Shown: positions 27,507-37,992, counted from the stretch's first letter. The stretch is 64,000 bases of DNA from Acidimicrobiia bacterium (GCA_965203555.1 CBDBCY010000004.1:64001-128000); one strand, 5' to 3'. The notes: generated from the sequence alone by a model not told the origin. Program-made: numbers and translations.

Positions 27507-27815
27507 ATGAACCCACCACCCCTAACCCAAGAGCAGCGCAAGCAAGCCCTCGCCAAAGCCGCGGCCGTGCGGAAGGGAAGGGCTGAGATCAAGGCCGACT
27601 TGAGTGATCGGCGTTTGACCTTTGCAGAGCTGTTGGAGCGGACGAATGATCCATTGGTAGGTGGAATGAAGGTCTCCGCCGCGCTGGCAGCCCTGCCCGG
27701 TTACGGAAAAAAACGCACCAGCCAACTCATGGAGAGAGTTGGCGTTCTTGAGAATCGTCGCCTTCGTGGATTGGGCAAGCGCCAGCGAGAAGCTCTGATC
27801 AGGGAACTCTCCTGA
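27507..27815 (+). CDS. mihF: Actinobacterial integration host factor (mIHF)
   Basis: PPLTQEQR..AL.KAAA.RK.RAE.K, LPGYGK and NRRLRGLG..QR; carB/pyrF-mihF-gmk order. Confidence 0.92.
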   Translation: MNPPPLTQEQRKQALAKAAAVRKGRAEIKADLSDRRLTFAELLERTNDPLVGGMKVSAALAALPGYGKKRTSQLMERVGVLENRRLRGLGKRQREALIRELS

Positions 27816-27834
27816 AAGCAGCCGTCCTCAGGTC

Positions 27835-28404
27835 TTGACCAAGTCTCCGAGCCTGGTTCTGGTGGTTTCCGGCCCCTCGGGCGTCGGCAAATCCACTGCG
27901 TTGGCCGAGTTGGCCAAGCAGCCCCGAGTGGAAGTGGTCACGTCTTTCACCACCCGCCCTCGCCGGACTGACGAGATCGAGGAAATCGACTACCACTTTG
28001 TGGACGAAAGCAGGTTCCTGGAAATGGCGTCCCGACAGGAGTTCTTGGAATGGGTGCAATACGATGGTCACTACTACGGAACACCGCAAAGATCTGTGGA
28101 AGAAGTCTTGGAAAGGGGAGGGGTGGCGGTGCTGGAGATCGAGCGGAGGGGAGCATTGGCTGTGAAGCAGAGGTTCCCCCAAGCGGTCCTGGTGCTTCTC
28201 AAGCCGCCGTTTCCGGGGGAACTGGAGAGAAGGCTTCGGTCTCGCGGGGCCAGCGCGGAGTTCCTCATCCGCCGTCTTGCCCTGGCGGAAGAGGACGCCC
28301 CATTGATGGACGATCTCTACGACGAATTCGTGACCAGCACCAGAACAAGTGAAACCGTGACAGAGTTAAGCCGTATAATCCGAAGTCGGTACTCGCCCCG
28401 CTGA
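27835..28404 (+). CDS. gmk: Guanylate kinase
   Basis: SGPSGVGKST, TTRPRR..E...DYHF and YYGTP. Confidence 0.94.
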   Translation: MTKSPSLVLVVSGPSGVGKSTALAELAKQPRVEVVTSFTTRPRRTDEIEEIDYHFVDESRFLEMASRQEFLEWVQYDGHYYGTPQRSVEEVLERGGVAVLEIERRGALAVKQRFPQAVLVLLKPPFPGELERRLRSRGASAEFLIRRLALAEEDAPLMDDLYDEFVTSTRTSETVTELSRIIRSRYSPR

Positions 28405-28432
28405 CCGGAGAAATGGAGAGGCGGCCTTCAGC

Positions 28433-28687
28433 ATGAAAATCGAAGAAGTAGTCGACAAGATCGGGAATCGGTTCTCGACTGTGGTTGTGGCGGCCCGTCG
28501 CGCCCGCGACATCCAGGGTTACTACGCGCACCTGGGGCAGGGCATTGGAAAGTTCATCCCACCCCAAGTTCACACCTATGCCCGCAAACCCTTGACCATT
28601 GCCATGGAAGAAATCTTGGAGGACAAGGTGGTCCGCAGAACCGGACACCCACCTGAGGAGGAAACTCCCGAAGCCGCGGAGCTTTAG
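28433..28687 (+). CDS. rpoZ: RNA polymerase omega subunit
   Basis: RF..VV.AARRAR.I..YY and KPLTIAMEEI; gmk-rpoZ-coaBC order. Confidence 0.92.
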   Translation: MKIEEVVDKIGNRFSTVVVAARRARDIQGYYAHLGQGIGKFIPPQVHTYARKPLTIAMEEILEDKVVRRTGHPPEEETPEAAEL

Positions 28688-29868
28688 TGATCGGACGACG
28701 CCGAGTCCTGCTGGCGGTAACCGGGGGAGTAGCAGCGTTCAAAGCGGCGACCCTGTCCCGGCTTCTCATCGAAAGCGGTGCGGAGGTGCGGGCCATGATG
28801 ACCGCGTCCTCCCAGAAGTTCCTGGGGTCGAACACTCTCTCAGCCATTACCGGGCATCCGGTGGTCGCCGATCTGTTCGATGACTCCGCATCGGTGAGTC
28901 CCCACACCGAAGCGGCCGAATGGGCCGACCTGGTGGTGGTGGCCCCGGCCACCGCCGCTTCCCTGGCTCGACTGGCGAACGGACTCTCATCCGACCTCGT
29001 CACGGCCACGATCATGGCGGCAACCTGCCCGCTGGTGGTGGCGCCGGCCATGCACACCGCCATGTGGGAACATCCGGCGGCTCGACGCAACATCGCCACC
29101 CTCCGGGCCGATGGCGTGGCGGTACTGGGGCCGGTCAGCGGACGGCTGGCGGGAGGTGACCGGGGTCTGGGAAGGATGATGGAACCGGAGGACTTGCTCG
29201 GGGAGATCGAATCCCTGTTCGCCGCTCCTCTGACAGGGGTGCGGGTGCTGGTTACTGCCGGAGGAACCAGGGAAGCCATTGACCCGGTGCGTTTTCTCAG
29301 CAATCACTCGTCAGGCAAGATGGGCCATGCGGTGGCGGTGGAAGCGGCCCGCAGGGGGGCGGAGACGACCCTGGTCACCTGCTCCCGGCTCCCGTCGCCT
29401 CCTTCGGTAAAGAGAGTGGATGTCGTGTCGGCTCACGACATGGCGGAGGCGGTGAGCTCGATCGAGGCGGATGTGGCGGTGATGACCGCCGCAGTGGCGG
29501 ACTTTCGTCCCAAGATCTCCCATGGGAGCAAACTGGCCCGCGGCGACGGTTTGAACGCCCTGGAATTGGCGCCCACCCGAGACGTTCTCGGGGAGGTCAT
29601 CCGGCGGAACTCCCGCCCCCGGGTGGTGGTGGGATTCGCGGCCGAGACGGGAGATGTAAAGAGGGCGGTGGGAAAGGCCCGGAAAAAGGGCGTCGACCTG
29701 ATGGTGGCCAATGACGTGACGATTCCGGGTTCCGGTTTCGAGTCGGACAACAACCAGGTTGTCCTGATTCGCCGCAACGGTGAAACCGAGCCCTGGCCAC
29801 TGCAGGCAAAGAGCCGGGTGGCCGCCCGGCTGTGGGATGAGGTGACCAAGCTGTTGGAAGAAAGCTGA
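28687..29868 (+). CDS. coaBC: Phosphopantothenoylcysteine decarboxylase/synthase
   Basis: TGGVAAFK, APATA, APAMHTAM, TAGGTREAIDPVRFLSNHSSGKMG and GFAAET. Confidence 0.95.
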   Translation: MIGRRRVLLAVTGGVAAFKAATLSRLLIESGAEVRAMMTASSQKFLGSNTLSAITGHPVVADLFDDSASVSPHTEAAEWADLVVVAPATAASLARLANGLSSDLVTATIMAATCPLVVAPAMHTAMWEHPAARRNIATLRADGVAVLGPVSGRLAGGDRGLGRMMEPEDLLGEIESLFAAPLTGVRVLVTAGGTREAIDPVRFLSNHSSGKMGHAVAVEAARRGAETTLVTCSRLPSPPSVKRVDVVSAHDMAEAVSSIEADVAVMTAAVADFRPKISHGSKLARGDGLNALELAPTRDVLGEVIRRNSRPRVVVGFAAETGDVKRAVGKARKKGVDLMVANDVTIPGSGFESDNNQVVLIRRNGETEPWPLQAKSRVAARLWDEVTKLLEES

Positions 29869-29876
29869 CGGGGGCC

Positions 29877-31052
29877 TTGATCTTGGGTTCGAGAGTCTGG
29901 TCGTTCACCTCCGAGTCGGTGGCATGCGGGCATCCCGACAAGGTGGCCGACCTGATCGCCGACCGGCTGCTGGACGCGGTAATGGAAGCCCACGCCGGGT
30001 ATCCGCGGCCGCGGGTGGCTGCCGAGGTGCTGGTCACCGGAGACCGGGTGGTTCTGGCGGGAGAGACCTCCCATCCCCTGGAAGACGAGGTGGTTGAGGC
30101 CACTGCCCGACAGGCGATCGCCGATGCAGGCTACGGTCCTGCAGATCCCGAGTTTCCCTGCGACACGGTGCAGATAACCAACCTGATTCAAAGGCAGTCG
30201 AGCGAGATAGCGGAAATGGTGGTCGGGGAAGAGATCGGCGCCGGAGACCAGGGGATAATCTTTGGCTTCGCCTGCGATGAGACCCCCTCCCTGATGCCGC
30301 TTCCCATCCACTTGGCGCACCGCCTGGCCCGCAGGCTGGCGGAGGTGCGGGAGATGGGGATTGTCGACTATCTCCGCCCGGATGGCAAGACCCAGGTCAC
30401 GGTTGAGTACCGGGATAAAACGCCGGTGCGAGTCAGCCAGGTGGTTGTTTCGGCCCATCATCGCAACGGTGTCGACGAAGGTACGCTCCGGGCGGATATT
30501 GAACGAGAGGTGATCCGCAGCGTGGTTCCCTCCGGGCTGTTGGATGGAGGGGCTCGGTTTCTGATCAACCATTCGGGTTCATTTACTGCCGGTGGGCCGG
30601 GCGCCGACACCGGACTCACCGGACGCAAGCTGGTGGTTGATACCTACGGGGGATACGGTCCTCACGGTGGGGGCGCCCTTTCCGGCAAGGATCCCACCAA
30701 GGTGGACCGATCAGCTTCCTACGCCGCCCGGCATGCGGCCAAGAACCTGGTGGCGGCCGGCCTGGCTCGCCAGTGCTCTATCCAACTCAGCTATGTAATA
30801 GGGATGCATGAACCACTTTCGCTGCACGTGGACTGTTCCAACACCAACCAGGCGCCCCTGGAAGACTTGGAGAGAGCGCTGCAAGAGGTCCTCAGTTTCC
30901 GTCCGCAAAAGATGATTGAGAACCTGGCGCTGTGGGAGACCCGGTTCAGCGATACCACCCTGTACGGCCATTTCGGCCGGGAAGACGCCGGTTTCTCTTG
31001 GGAGAAGACTGATTTCACTGAGCAACTGAGGGCCGCGGCGCTGTCGTCGTGA
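29877..31052 (+). CDS. metK: S-adenosylmethionine synthetase
   Basis: FTSESV..GHPDK, GAGDQG, DTGLTGRK and GGGALSGKDPTKVDRS. Confidence 0.96.
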   Translation: MILGSRVWSFTSESVACGHPDKVADLIADRLLDAVMEAHAGYPRPRVAAEVLVTGDRVVLAGETSHPLEDEVVEATARQAIADAGYGPADPEFPCDTVQITNLIQRQSSEIAEMVVGEEIGAGDQGIIFGFACDETPSLMPLPIHLAHRLARRLAEVREMGIVDYLRPDGKTQVTVEYRDKTPVRVSQVVVSAHHRNGVDEGTLRADIEREVIRSVVPSGLLDGGARFLINHSGSFTAGGPGADTGLTGRKLVVDTYGGYGPHGGGALSGKDPTKVDRSASYAARHAAKNLVAAGLARQCSIQLSYVIGMHEPLSLHVDCSNTNQAPLEDLERALQEVLSFRPQKMIENLALWETRFSDTTLYGHFGREDAGFSWEKTDFTEQLRAAALSS

Positions 31053-32854
31053 CGTCCGCTGTCCGGGTTGTTCCGGCAGTTCCCGCCTTCGAGGTGGATA
31101 AGGGTTTCTGGTACTCGGTACCCGCTCATCTCGGTGAACGGGTCGGCTTGGGGGCGAAGGTGCGGGTTCCGTTGGGCAGCGGCCATACTCACGGGTATGT
31201 GGTGGAATGCGGCGCCCGTCCGTCCCACAGTCTCAAGCCTCTTTCCTCGGTAAGCGGTGGTTTACCGGTGTTCGACACCTCTCTGCTGTCGGTGTGCCGC
31301 TGGGCGGCTGACTATTACGTGAGTCCGCTGTCGACAATCCTGTCCAAGACCGCCCCTCCCAACGCTCCCCGGGCGCCGCAGCGCCGTGAACCGGATCAGC
31401 TCCCGCCGCCGGGCGATTCCGATCATGCTGCATCGGGATTGGGGGAGGACGCTGCTTCCGGCCGACGTAGGCGGCCGGGGTGTCTCCTCGTGAACCCGGC
31501 CTCCTCCGAGTGGGTCCAACCCTTGCTGGGGCCGGTGCTTCGGGCGGGCCGATCAGCGATGGTGGTGGTTCCCACCGCTGCGGAGGAGAATCGAATGACC
31601 GACCTGCTGAAGGGCATCTACCCCGGTCGAATCATGGGCGCCAGCAACCGGCACAGTGATCGGCGGAGAACCGAAGTGTGGGGACTTTTGGCCACCCATG
31701 CCGGATTGGTGTTGGTGGCGACTCCCGCTTCGGCGCTTTGGCCTATAGCCAGGCCCGGGTTGCTGGTGGTGGTGGAGGATGGGCGCCGGGCCCACAAGAA
31801 CCGTCAGACCCCTACGGTTGGCGCCCGCCGTTTGCTTCGTGAACGAAGTATCCGGGAGGGGGGTCTGTTGGCTGCCGTGGGTCCCTTTCCCAGTGTGGAT
31901 TTCATGGCGTTGGGACCGGATCTCTACCGCAGTCGTCGCCGCCAGCGGCTCTGGCCGCATGTGGAGGTGGCGGATCGCAGGAGCCTGGGCGCTGACGGGC
32001 TTTTTCATCCTCTCACTCTCGCTGCTCTGCGATCCTGTTCCTCTGCAGGAGGGGCGTTCGTCTTTGCCCATCAGCGCGGGTATGCCCCTGCTATGCGCTG
32101 TGCCCGCTGTCGGAGCCTTCGCCGGTGCCCTGACTGCGGGAGCCGCGCCTCCAGGGGAGAGGCGTGTCAAAGATGCGGTACCACTCTGGGGGCGTGTCGC
32201 AAGTGTGGGGCAGGTTTTTTCGAACCGCTGGGCGCCGGAGTAGAGCGGGTTCGAACCGAACTGAGAAAGAGATTCGGGAAGGATTGGGTGGGCGTGGTCG
32301 GGGATGGAGCCCCGATTACGGTGGGCACCGAGGCTTCGCTGGCCGGTGTGGGGGTATTCGACTTGGTAGTGGTGGTGGACGCCGACGGCCTGTTCTATGC
32401 CCCCCACTACCGGGCCGATGAGGAAGCCCTGCGAATCATGGTCCGGCTGGCCGGGCGATTGTCCCAGGGGACCGGTCGGCGGCTTCTGGTGCAGACCTCC
32501 TCGCCCGGCCACCGGGTGCTGGCCGCGCTGAGAAAAGGGGATGGCGTGGCGTTCTTGCAGGAGGAACTGGACCGCCGCATCGAGACCGGCTTTCCACCCC
32601 AGGGTCAATTGATGGCGCTTGAGATACGGGGAACCACGGCCGAGCAGGCGCTGGGACGCGTGGGGACCGAGATTGCCGGTCTGGAGGACCACAATGCCTT
32701 GCTGCACGGTCCCGTGGAATTCTCATCCGGTGCGAGGTGGCTGGTGGAGGGAAGCGACTTGTGGAAAGTGAAACAACGGTTGCGTCCTCTGGTGTCCCGG
32801 TGGCGACACAGGGGGCTGGTGGTGCGGGTAGATGTCGACCCTCTTGATTTGTAG
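31049..32854 (+). CDS. priA: Primosomal protein N' (actinobacterial type, degenerate helicase motifs)
   Basis: N-terminal G.KVRVPLG / WAADYY domain, four CxxC motifs, GAGVER and C-terminal RVDVDP; metK-priA-def order. Confidence 0.88.
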   Translation: MTSAVRVVPAVPAFEVDKGFWYSVPAHLGERVGLGAKVRVPLGSGHTHGYVVECGARPSHSLKPLSSVSGGLPVFDTSLLSVCRWAADYYVSPLSTILSKTAPPNAPRAPQRREPDQLPPPGDSDHAASGLGEDAASGRRRRPGCLLVNPASSEWVQPLLGPVLRAGRSAMVVVPTAAEENRMTDLLKGIYPGRIMGASNRHSDRRRTEVWGLLATHAGLVLVATPASALWPIARPGLLVVVEDGRRAHKNRQTPTVGARRLLRERSIREGGLLAAVGPFPSVDFMALGPDLYRSRRRQRLWPHVEVADRRSLGADGLFHPLTLAALRSCSSAGGAFVFAHQRGYAPAMRCARCRSLRRCPDCGSRASRGEACQRCGTTLGACRKCGAGFFEPLGAGVERVRTELRKRFGKDWVGVVGDGAPITVGTEASLAGVGVFDLVVVVDADGLFYAPHYRADEEALRIMVRLAGRLSQGTGRRLLVQTSSPGHRVLAALRKGDGVAFLQEELDRRIETGFPPQGQLMALEIRGTTAEQALGRVGTEIAGLEDHNALLHGPVEFSSGARWLVEGSDLWKVKQRLRPLVSRWRHRGLVVRVDVDPLDL

Positions 32855-32868
32855 GATTGGGTGCGCTC

Positions 32869-33363
32869 ATGGCCATCCTTCCGATTCGCATTTTCGGCGA
32901 TCCCATCCTGCGCACCGTCTCTGCTCCGGTGGCGCAGATAGATGGTCGGATCCGCAAACTTGTGGAGGACATGATCGAGACTATGTACCACGCGCCCGGG
33001 GTCGGATTGGCGGCGCCGCAGGTTGGGGTGGGACGTCGAGTGTTCGTGTTCGATATCCAGGATGATCGGGGTCCTCGCACCGTCATCAATCCGGAGTTGG
33101 TGGAGACTTCGGGAGAGTGGGAGTACGACGAAGGATGCCTGTCGGTGCCGGAGTATTTCTGGCCGATCATCCGGCCCGCCCAGGCGGTGGTGAGAGGGTT
33201 GGACCTGGACGGCAATGAGGTGGAGTACGGGGGAGACGACTTGATGGGCAGGGTATTGCTGCACGAGTTCGATCATCTGAACGGGACCCTGTTGTTGGAG
33301 CGCCTGGACCGCGGTACTCGCAGAAAGGCGCTGCGGGCGATAAGGGAAAACGCATTGGGGTAG
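32869..33363 (+). CDS. def: Peptide deformylase
   Basis: GVGLAAPQVG, EGCLS and HEFDHL. Confidence 0.96.
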   Translation: MAILPIRIFGDPILRTVSAPVAQIDGRIRKLVEDMIETMYHAPGVGLAAPQVGVGRRVFVFDIQDDRGPRTVINPELVETSGEWEYDEGCLSVPEYFWPIIRPAQAVVRGLDLDGNEVEYGGDDLMGRVLLHEFDHLNGTLLLERLDRGTRRKALRAIRENALG

Positions 33364-33392
33364 ATACGGGTATCCGGACCCGACCCCCACGG

Positions 33393-34313
33393 GTGGTTTT
33401 CCTGGGTACTCCCGAAGCGGCGGTTCCCTCTCTTCGGGCATTGAGCCGGCGGGTGGAGATCGGGTTGGTGATCACCCGGGGTGATCGTAGACGCGGCAGG
33501 TCTGCGGCCAAGAGCCCGTCGGACGTGAAAAAAGCCGCCATGGAGTTGGGACTGGTCACTGCTTGCCCTGAGAACCGGGACGAGTTGCATAAATCCTTGA
33601 GGTCGGTGGCGCCGTTTCGGATGGGGGTGGTCGTGGCTTACGGGATGTTGCTTACCCGCCCTATGCTGGACCTGGCCGAGGTGGGCTTCGTGAACGTTCA
33701 CTTCTCCCTGCTGCCCCGCTGGCGGGGCGCTGCGCCGGTGGCGGCCGCCATCAGAGCCGGCGATCCGGTCACGGGGGTGAGCGTGATGAGTGTCACCGAG
33801 GGTCTCGATGCGGGTCCGGTGCTGGCGGCGTCCCCAGTGGCGATACAGGAAGCCGACGACAGGGGAGGGTTGACCGCCCGTCTTTCCCATCTGGGGGCGG
33901 ATTTGCTGACCGGGAAACTGGAAGGTCTGATGGCTGGAGAGATAAGGGGAACTGCTCAGAAGGAGGAGGACGCCACCTACGCGCCGCGGTTGACTGTGGA
34001 TGACGCCCGGCTCGACTTCGACCGGTCAGTTATGGAATTGGCCCGGCAGGTGAGGGCCATGGCGCCCCGGCCGGGTGCCTTCGCCCAGTGGAATCAGACC
34101 CGGATGCGGATTCTCAGAGCGCGTTGGTCTCCCGCTCCTCCCCGGCCTCTGCAGGTGGGTGAACTGGTCCTGGCCGGTGGAGATCTGTGGTGCGGTGGAA
34201 GGGAGGGCGGCTTGATTCTGGATGGCATTCAGCCTCCCGGGAAGCGGGTGATGCCGGGAACCGCCTGGGCAAATGGAGTCCGAGGGGAGCTGGGATTTCT
34301 GTCAGCGGGATGA
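33393..34313 (+). CDS. fmt: Methionyl-tRNA formyltransferase
   Basis: VFLGTP, VVAYG, NVHFSLLPRWRGAAP and LDAG. Confidence 0.94.
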   Translation: MVFLGTPEAAVPSLRALSRRVEIGLVITRGDRRRGRSAAKSPSDVKKAAMELGLVTACPENRDELHKSLRSVAPFRMGVVVAYGMLLTRPMLDLAEVGFVNVHFSLLPRWRGAAPVAAAIRAGDPVTGVSVMSVTEGLDAGPVLAASPVAIQEADDRGGLTARLSHLGADLLTGKLEGLMAGEIRGTAQKEEDATYAPRLTVDDARLDFDRSVMELARQVRAMAPRPGAFAQWNQTRMRILRARWSPAPPRPLQVGELVLAGGDLWCGGREGGLILDGIQPPGKRVMPGTAWANGVRGELGFLSAG

Positions 34314-34343
34314 GGGCGCCCCAGAGTTAGGCTTGGGCCCGTC

Positions 34344-35030
34344 GTGATCCGCAAATACCGTGTTGCTCCCTCGGTGCTCGCTGCTGACCTGGGAGGCCTG
34401 CGATCGGCGATGGAGGAGGTTGCTCCCCACGTCGACATGTTCCACCTGGACGTGATGGACGGGATCTATGTTCCCAACCTGACTTTCGGGCCACCGGTGA
34501 TAAAGTGGGTCCGCCCGTCCGTCAGCACCTTTTTCGATTGCCATCTGATGGTTACCCGACCACTGGACCTGTTGGAACCTCTGGCCGAGGCGGGAGCGGA
34601 CCATGTCACCCTGCACACCGATGTCTGTCCCGATCCCAATGAAGCGATAGGCCTGGCGCGGCGCCTGGGACTGCAGTTCGGGTTGGCCCTTTCGCCGGCG
34701 GTTCCCGCATCGGCGATCCGTTCCTATCTGTCGGAATTGGACATGGTGTTGGTGATGTCGGTCGAACCGGGTTTTGGGGGACAGAGCTTCATGCCGCAGA
34801 CGCTCTCCAAGGTCGAAACGATCCGGCGCTGGATAGATCGGGAAGGTTTGGGGACGGCCCTGCAGATAGACGGAGGCATCGCCGAGGTCACGGCCCCTCT
34901 GGCCGCCGCCGCGGGAGCGGATGTCTTCGTCGCCGGCACCGCCATCTTCGGTCGGGCCGATCCTGTCGCCGCCGTGAAACTGTTGCGCCGAGTTATCAGC
35001 GATGGTCTTTTGGCGGCCGGCGCCGGTTAG
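34344..35030 (+). CDS. rpe: Ribulose-phosphate 3-epimerase
   Basis: APSVLAAD, HLDVMDG..VPN, DCHLM, MSVEPGFGGQ and IDGG. Confidence 0.96.
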   Translation: MIRKYRVAPSVLAADLGGLRSAMEEVAPHVDMFHLDVMDGIYVPNLTFGPPVIKWVRPSVSTFFDCHLMVTRPLDLLEPLAEAGADHVTLHTDVCPDPNEAIGLARRLGLQFGLALSPAVPASAIRSYLSELDMVLVMSVEPGFGGQSFMPQTLSKVETIRRWIDREGLGTALQIDGGIAEVTAPLAAAAGADVFVAGTAIFGRADPVAAVKLLRRVISDGLLAAGAG

Positions 35031-35036
35031 ACCGCC

Positions 35037-36116
35037 ATGGCGTTTACCGTTTCCGAATTCCGGCGTTTGCTTCGCCGGGCGCTGGGATTGACCGTTTCGT
35101 CCTATCCCCATCCCAATCCTCGCGTGGCCGCCCTGGTGCTGGACTCTGACGGCAGGCAGGTGGCGACCGGCGTTCACCGGGGTCCCGGTACTCCCCATGC
35201 GGAGGTGGTGGCGCTGGAGAAGGCGGGCGACCGGGCCCGGCGGGGAGTGTTGTTCACCACTCTGGAACCCTGCGTGCACTTCGGCCGCACTCCTCCCTGC
35301 GTGGATCGGATCGCCGGTTCCGAAGTGGCGACGGTGGTGGTGGGCGCCCTGGATCCGGATACCCGGGTGGCGGGCCGGAGCAGGGGGATTTTGGAGGCAG
35401 GGGGAATAGAGGTGGTGGGGCCGTTGGCGACCAAGGAGGTGGAGGCAGCCGATCCGGGCTATTTTCATCACCGACGGACAGGTCGGCCGCTCTTCACCCT
35501 CAAGGCGGCGGCGACCCTTGATGGTTGGATTGCGGCGCAGGACGGGACTTCGCAATGGATTTCGGGACCCTCCTCCCGAAGCGACGGGCACCGGCTACGG
35601 GCTGCCGCCGACGCGGTCATGGTGGGGGCGGGGACGCTTCGTGCCGACGATCCGCGGCTGACGGTGCGGTTCCCCGGATACCGGGGACCCCAGCCCAGGG
35701 CGGTGGTGGTGGCCGGGCGCTCCGCCGTGCCCCCGGTTCGCAAGCTTTGGGCGCGGAATCCTCTGATCATCGCGCCCCGACCAGTTGAGAGATTTCCACC
35801 CCAAGACCAGGTGGTGGCCCCGGGAGTAGACGGGTTGGCGGATCTTGGGACGGCGGCCCGGGCCCTGGGTGAGCGGGGAATACTGGAGGTGCTGGTGGAG
35901 GGAGGACCCCGGCTGGCCGGGGCTTTGTGGAAGGAGGGTCTGATCGACCGGGGGGTCTTCTACCTGGCGGCCAGAATGGCCGGAGGAGAAGGATGGCCGA
36001 TCATGAGGGGGGTATTCGCAACTCTGTCCGAAGCAGATCAGGTCATAATTGAAGACGTGCGGAGGGTTGGGGAAGATGTAAGGGTGGCGTGGAGACGCCA
36101 AAAGGAGGAAAGCTGA
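35037..36116 (+). CDS. ribD: Riboflavin biosynthesis deaminase/reductase RibD
   Basis: PNPRV, HAEVVAL, TLEPC.H.GRTPPC, SQWIS and VEGG. Confidence 0.94.
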   Translation: MAFTVSEFRRLLRRALGLTVSSYPHPNPRVAALVLDSDGRQVATGVHRGPGTPHAEVVALEKAGDRARRGVLFTTLEPCVHFGRTPPCVDRIAGSEVATVVVGALDPDTRVAGRSRGILEAGGIEVVGPLATKEVEAADPGYFHHRRTGRPLFTLKAAATLDGWIAAQDGTSQWISGPSSRSDGHRLRAAADAVMVGAGTLRADDPRLTVRFPGYRGPQPRAVVVAGRSAVPPVRKLWARNPLIIAPRPVERFPPQDQVVAPGVDGLADLGTAARALGERGILEVLVEGGPRLAGALWKEGLIDRGVFYLAARMAGGEGWPIMRGVFATLSEADQVIIEDVRRVGEDVRVAWRRQKEES

Positions 36117-36709
36117 TGTTCACGGGGATCGTGACCGAGGTGGGTCTGGTGGCCGACTATGAGCGGACCGATCGGGGAAGGCGGTTGACAGTGAGAGCGC
36201 CGCAGACCACTGAAGATCTGCGGACGGGAGATTCGGTGGCTGTCAACGGCATCTGCCTGACGGCGGTGGTGGTCATCCCGCCGCACTTCCAGGTAGAGGC
36301 GATGGCGGAGACTCTGGCGCGCTCCAACCTGGGTGGGCTGGATCGGGGTTCCTCTGTCAACCTGGAGCGACCCTTGCAGATGGGAGGCCGTCTCGACGGC
36401 CACATCGTCCAGGGACATATCGACGCCCCCGGGGTGGTTACCCGTATCCAGACCGAGGGCCGAAGCAAGCGGGTCCGGATATCGGTCCCGGACGGTTTGG
36501 AGCGGTATCTGGTCTACAAGGGCTCGGTGGCGGTGGACGGCGTGGCGTTGACCGTGACCGCGGTCGGGACCGGTTCCTTCGAGGTGGCGCTGATCCCCCA
36601 TACGCTGGAGGTCACCACTTTGCGTGATTTGGAGGTCGGCGACACGGCTAATGTTGAGGTGGACATTTTGGCAAAATATGTCGAAAGGCTCTTGGTGTTC
36701 CGAAGTTGA
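36116..36709 (+). CDS. ribE: Riboflavin synthase (alpha chain)
   Basis: MFTGIV, GDSVAVNGICLT, GHIVQGHID and NVEVDILAKYV. Confidence 0.95.
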   Translation: MFTGIVTEVGLVADYERTDRGRRLTVRAPQTTEDLRTGDSVAVNGICLTAVVVIPPHFQVEAMAETLARSNLGGLDRGSSVNLERPLQMGGRLDGHIVQGHIDAPGVVTRIQTEGRSKRVRISVPDGLERYLVYKGSVAVDGVALTVTAVGTGSFEVALIPHTLEVTTLRDLEVGDTANVEVDILAKYVERLLVFRS

Positions 36710-37923
36710 AATTTGCAACCATTCCCGAATTGCTCAAGGAGATCAGGGAAGGCCGCATGGTGATCGTGGTGGATGATCCCGATCGTGAGAACGAAGGGGA
36801 TCTGATCGTGGCGGCAGAGAAGATCACCACCAAGCAGATGGGTTTTCTGATCCGGCACACCAGCGGGATAATCTGCCTTCCGATTATTGGCGAACGGCTC
36901 GATGAGCTGGAGATACCCCTGATGATTCCCAGAACGGACCCTTCCGACCTGGGCACCGCGTTCACCGTGGCGGTTGACGCTCGCCACGGCGTCACCACCG
37001 GCATCTCCGCGGCTGATCGGACCCGGACGGTGCGTGCAATGATCGACCCCGACAGCCTCCCGGCCGACATCGACCGACCCGGCCATGTATACCCGCTCCG
37101 CTACCAGCCGGGAGGAGTTCTGAAACGCGCCGGCCATACGGAGGCCTCGGTTGATCTGGTCCGCATGGCGGGACTCTACCCGGCCGGAGTAATTGCCGAG
37201 GTGATGAACGACCAGGGGGAGGTCGCCAAATTGGAGGATCTGCAACGGTTCGCGGATGAGCACGGACTGTTGATCGGTTCGGTCGCCGACCTGATCGCCT
37301 ACCGGCGGCGCACCGAGGGAAAGCTTGTGAAACGAGTGGTGAGCGCCCGGGTGCCGACCACTTTCGGTGAGTTCGAGACGGTGGGATATCACTCGCTGGT
37401 GGACGGCCGCCAGCACGTGGCCATGGTGATGGGGGAAATGGGGGACGGTGAAGATGTGCTGGTGCGAGTTCATTCCGAGTGCCTCACCGGAGACGTGTTC
37501 GGCAGCGTGCGCTGTGACTGCGGCGAGCAGTTGAGTCTGGCGATGTCCAAGGTGAAGGAAGAGGGCCGGGGAGTGGTGCTGTACATAAGGGGCCACGAGG
37601 GTCGAGGGATCGGGTTCTTTCCGAAACTGGTCGCCTACAACCTTCAGGACGAGGGGTTGGATACCGTGGACGCCAATCGGAACATGGGGCTGCCGGTGGA
37701 CTCACGGGACTATGGCGTAGGCGCCCAGATCCTGTACGACCTGGGGGTCAGGTCGATGAAGCTTCTCACCAACAACCCCGTCAAGCGAGCGGGAATCGAG
37801 GGCTACGGTTTGACCATCCGCGAGAGGGTGCCGCTGGTGGTGGCCCCCAACGAGCAGAACCGGCGGTACCTGGAAACCAAAGCCGCTCGCATGGGACATG
37901 TGTACAGCCCCGATCCCCATTAG
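36706..37923 (+). CDS. ribBA: DHBP synthase / GTP cyclohydrolase II
   Basis: DRENEGD, RAGHTEA, RVHSECLTGD...RCDC and LLTNNP. Confidence 0.96.
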   Translation: MKFATIPELLKEIREGRMVIVVDDPDRENEGDLIVAAEKITTKQMGFLIRHTSGIICLPIIGERLDELEIPLMIPRTDPSDLGTAFTVAVDARHGVTTGISAADRTRTVRAMIDPDSLPADIDRPGHVYPLRYQPGGVLKRAGHTEASVDLVRMAGLYPAGVIAEVMNDQGEVAKLEDLQRFADEHGLLIGSVADLIAYRRRTEGKLVKRVVSARVPTTFGEFETVGYHSLVDGRQHVAMVMGEMGDGEDVLVRVHSECLTGDVFGSVRCDCGEQLSLAMSKVKEEGRGVVLYIRGHEGRGIGFFPKLVAYNLQDEGLDTVDANRNMGLPVDSRDYGVGAQILYDLGVRSMKLLTNNPVKRAGIEGYGLTIRERVPLVVAPNEQNRRYLETKAARMGHVYSPDPH

Positions 37924-37992
37924 CGGTTGGGATCGGATGCAAAAGCGGACCCCATAAAGCAACCGGCAACTTGGGCATTGTCCCTGGTGTGA

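Noticed and set aside
31049-32854. PriA lacking Walker A and DEAH motifs as a novel pseudo-helicase
   Set aside because: Degenerate helicase motifs are common in actinobacterial PriA.
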